DNA of 58,534 nt from Sphingomonadales bacterium (GTDB lineage: Bacteria > Pseudomonadota > Alphaproteobacteria > Sphingomonadales > Sphingomonadaceae). The translations under genes were made by a program, and so were the position numbers. Positions 57,276-58,534 of this stretch are shown here, one piece after another. The notes beneath the pieces are model-generated. The model had not been told where the DNA came from and did not search any database. It was given only the letters and a program-made list of their open reading frames with translations. Position 1 is the stretch's first letter; each line of letters starts with the position of its first letter. The stretch covers positions 1 through 58,534 of the forward strand of contig JBBRFG010000001.1 in NCBI GenBank assembly GCA_038224685.1. The letters are read 5' to 3'.

Positions 57276-58217
57276 ATGACCAATATCGCCCCCCATATCG
57301 CAAGCGTATCCCTCGCCCAGCCGCTCGACACCATCGCCGATGAACTGGGGCGCAGCTTTGGCGAATATGGGTTCGCGGTGCTGCGCGATCACGGCATCCC
57401 GCAAACCCTGATTGACGAGGCTGAGGCGGTGTCCAAGGCGTTCTTTGCACTGCCCGACGACGTCAAACGCACTTACACCATCAAAGGCGGCGGCGGCGCG
57501 CGCGGTTATACCGCGTTTGGCACCGAAAAGGCCAAAGACGCGCAAGTGTTCGATCTCAAGGAATTCTGGCACGTGGGCCGATCCTTGCCCGATGGGCATC
57601 CGCTCGCCCAATTCATGGCCCCCAATGTCTGGCCGGCCGAGGTCGCCGGTTTTCGCGAGACAATGAGCGCGCTGTTCGCCGCGTTTGAGACAGCCGGTGC
57701 GCGCGTGCTCGAAGCGATTGCGCTGCACCTTGGCCGACCGCGCGATTTCTTTGCCGCCAGCGTCGCCGATGGCAACTCGGTGATGCGCCTGCTGCATTAC
57801 CCGCCGCTGGGCGACAGCGCACCCGAAGGCGCGATTCGCGCGGCCGGGCACGAGGATATCAACACCATCACCCTGCTGCTGGGCGCGGAGGAAGCCGGGC
57901 TCGAACTGCTAACCGCTGCGGGCGAATGGCACGCGGTCGCGGTGCCGCCGGGCGCGCTGGTGATCAATGTTGGCGACATGTTGCAGCGCCAGACCAACGG
58001 ACGGCTGCGTTCGACCACCCACCGCGTGGTCAATCCGCGCGGCGATGCGGCGCGGCGGGCGCGGTATTCAATGCCGTTCTTCCTGCATTACCGGCCCGAT
58101 TTCGTCATCACGCCGCTGCTCGAATGCGTTGATGCCGATGCCGCCGTTCCGCCGCCTGAACCGATCACCGCGCATGATTTCCTGATGCAGCGGCTGCGCG
58201 AGATCAATCTCGCCTGA
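57276..58217 (+). CDS. Isopenicillin N synthase-like 2OG-Fe(II) dioxygenase
   Basis: RLLHYPP, HxD (HEDIN), NVGDML, HRV, RYS. Confidence 0.93.
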   Translation: MTNIAPHIASVSLAQPLDTIADELGRSFGEYGFAVLRDHGIPQTLIDEAEAVSKAFFALPDDVKRTYTIKGGGGARGYTAFGTEKAKDAQVFDLKEFWHVGRSLPDGHPLAQFMAPNVWPAEVAGFRETMSALFAAFETAGARVLEAIALHLGRPRDFFAASVADGNSVMRLLHYPPLGDSAPEGAIRAAGHEDINTITLLLGAEEAGLELLTAAGEWHAVAVPPGALVINVGDMLQRQTNGRLRSTTHRVVNPRGDAARRARYSMPFFLHYRPDFVITPLLECVDADAAVPPPEPITAHDFLMQRLREINLA

Positions 58218-58471
58218 TCCGCGCCGCGCGGCGTTCTAAACTCACCGGCATTATTGCGGCGATTCCGTTGCGCGGATGCAACACCCGGCCAAAGAAGGTG
58301 CAATTATGCCAAAGATTCTGTGTGTCTGACGCTACGCTGCAGGCGGAATCGCGATATCGCGCAGGTGCTTTCATCAAACTGTCACAGAACAGTCGCTTTG
58401 CCGCAAGCAACCGGGCCTAGGGGCAGCGGCACAGTGTTTTTCCTCTCCAATCGTTACCAGGGGCTCCTGCC

Positions 58472-58534
58472 ATGAAGCTTAAATATCTCCTCGCCGCCAG
58501 CATCATCAGCCTTGCGGCAACCACCACCATCACG
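58472..58534 (+). CDS. Start of an exported protein, probably a TonB-dependent receptor (truncated by window end)
   Basis: MKLKYLLAASIISLAATTTIT signal peptide after AGGGG. The receptor identity is inferred only from the N-terminus style. Confidence 0.5.
   Translation, partial: MKLKYLLAASIISLAATTTIT

Overview
GC-rich alphaproteobacterial chromosomal segment whose gene content and order suggest Sphingomonadales, probably Erythrobacteraceae (inference). Bases 1-13.4 kb look accessory: a partial TolC, an ABC ATPase with a permease-M1 aminopeptidase fusion, and a minus-strand heavy-metal RND efflux operon headed by a His-rich secreted leader ORF ending in RPPR, then a 176-bp MITE. The rest is mostly housekeeping (fliD/fliS, frmA, ftsEX, tyrC/hisC, metXW, fzlA, msrB, class A PBP, DegP-like protease, hflKC, mrp, hemH, P450, rsmB, msrA, aguB, folK, yhhQ, nupC). 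It also holds tRNA-Leu(GAG) and tRNA-Lys(TTT), two perfect parS sites, a decayed serine-recombinase/anti-sigma relic at tRNA-Leu, several REP-like palindromes and one apparently inserted amidohydrolase. The two best candidates for something new are (1) a metal-sensing ribosome-arrest leader whose Pro-Pro-Arg codons can base-pair with the Shine-Dalgarno of the downstream tolC, and (2) a degenerate ~36-bp dyad unit recurring at the boundaries of accessory modules. All product calls come from motif recognition by eye; no database searches were run.
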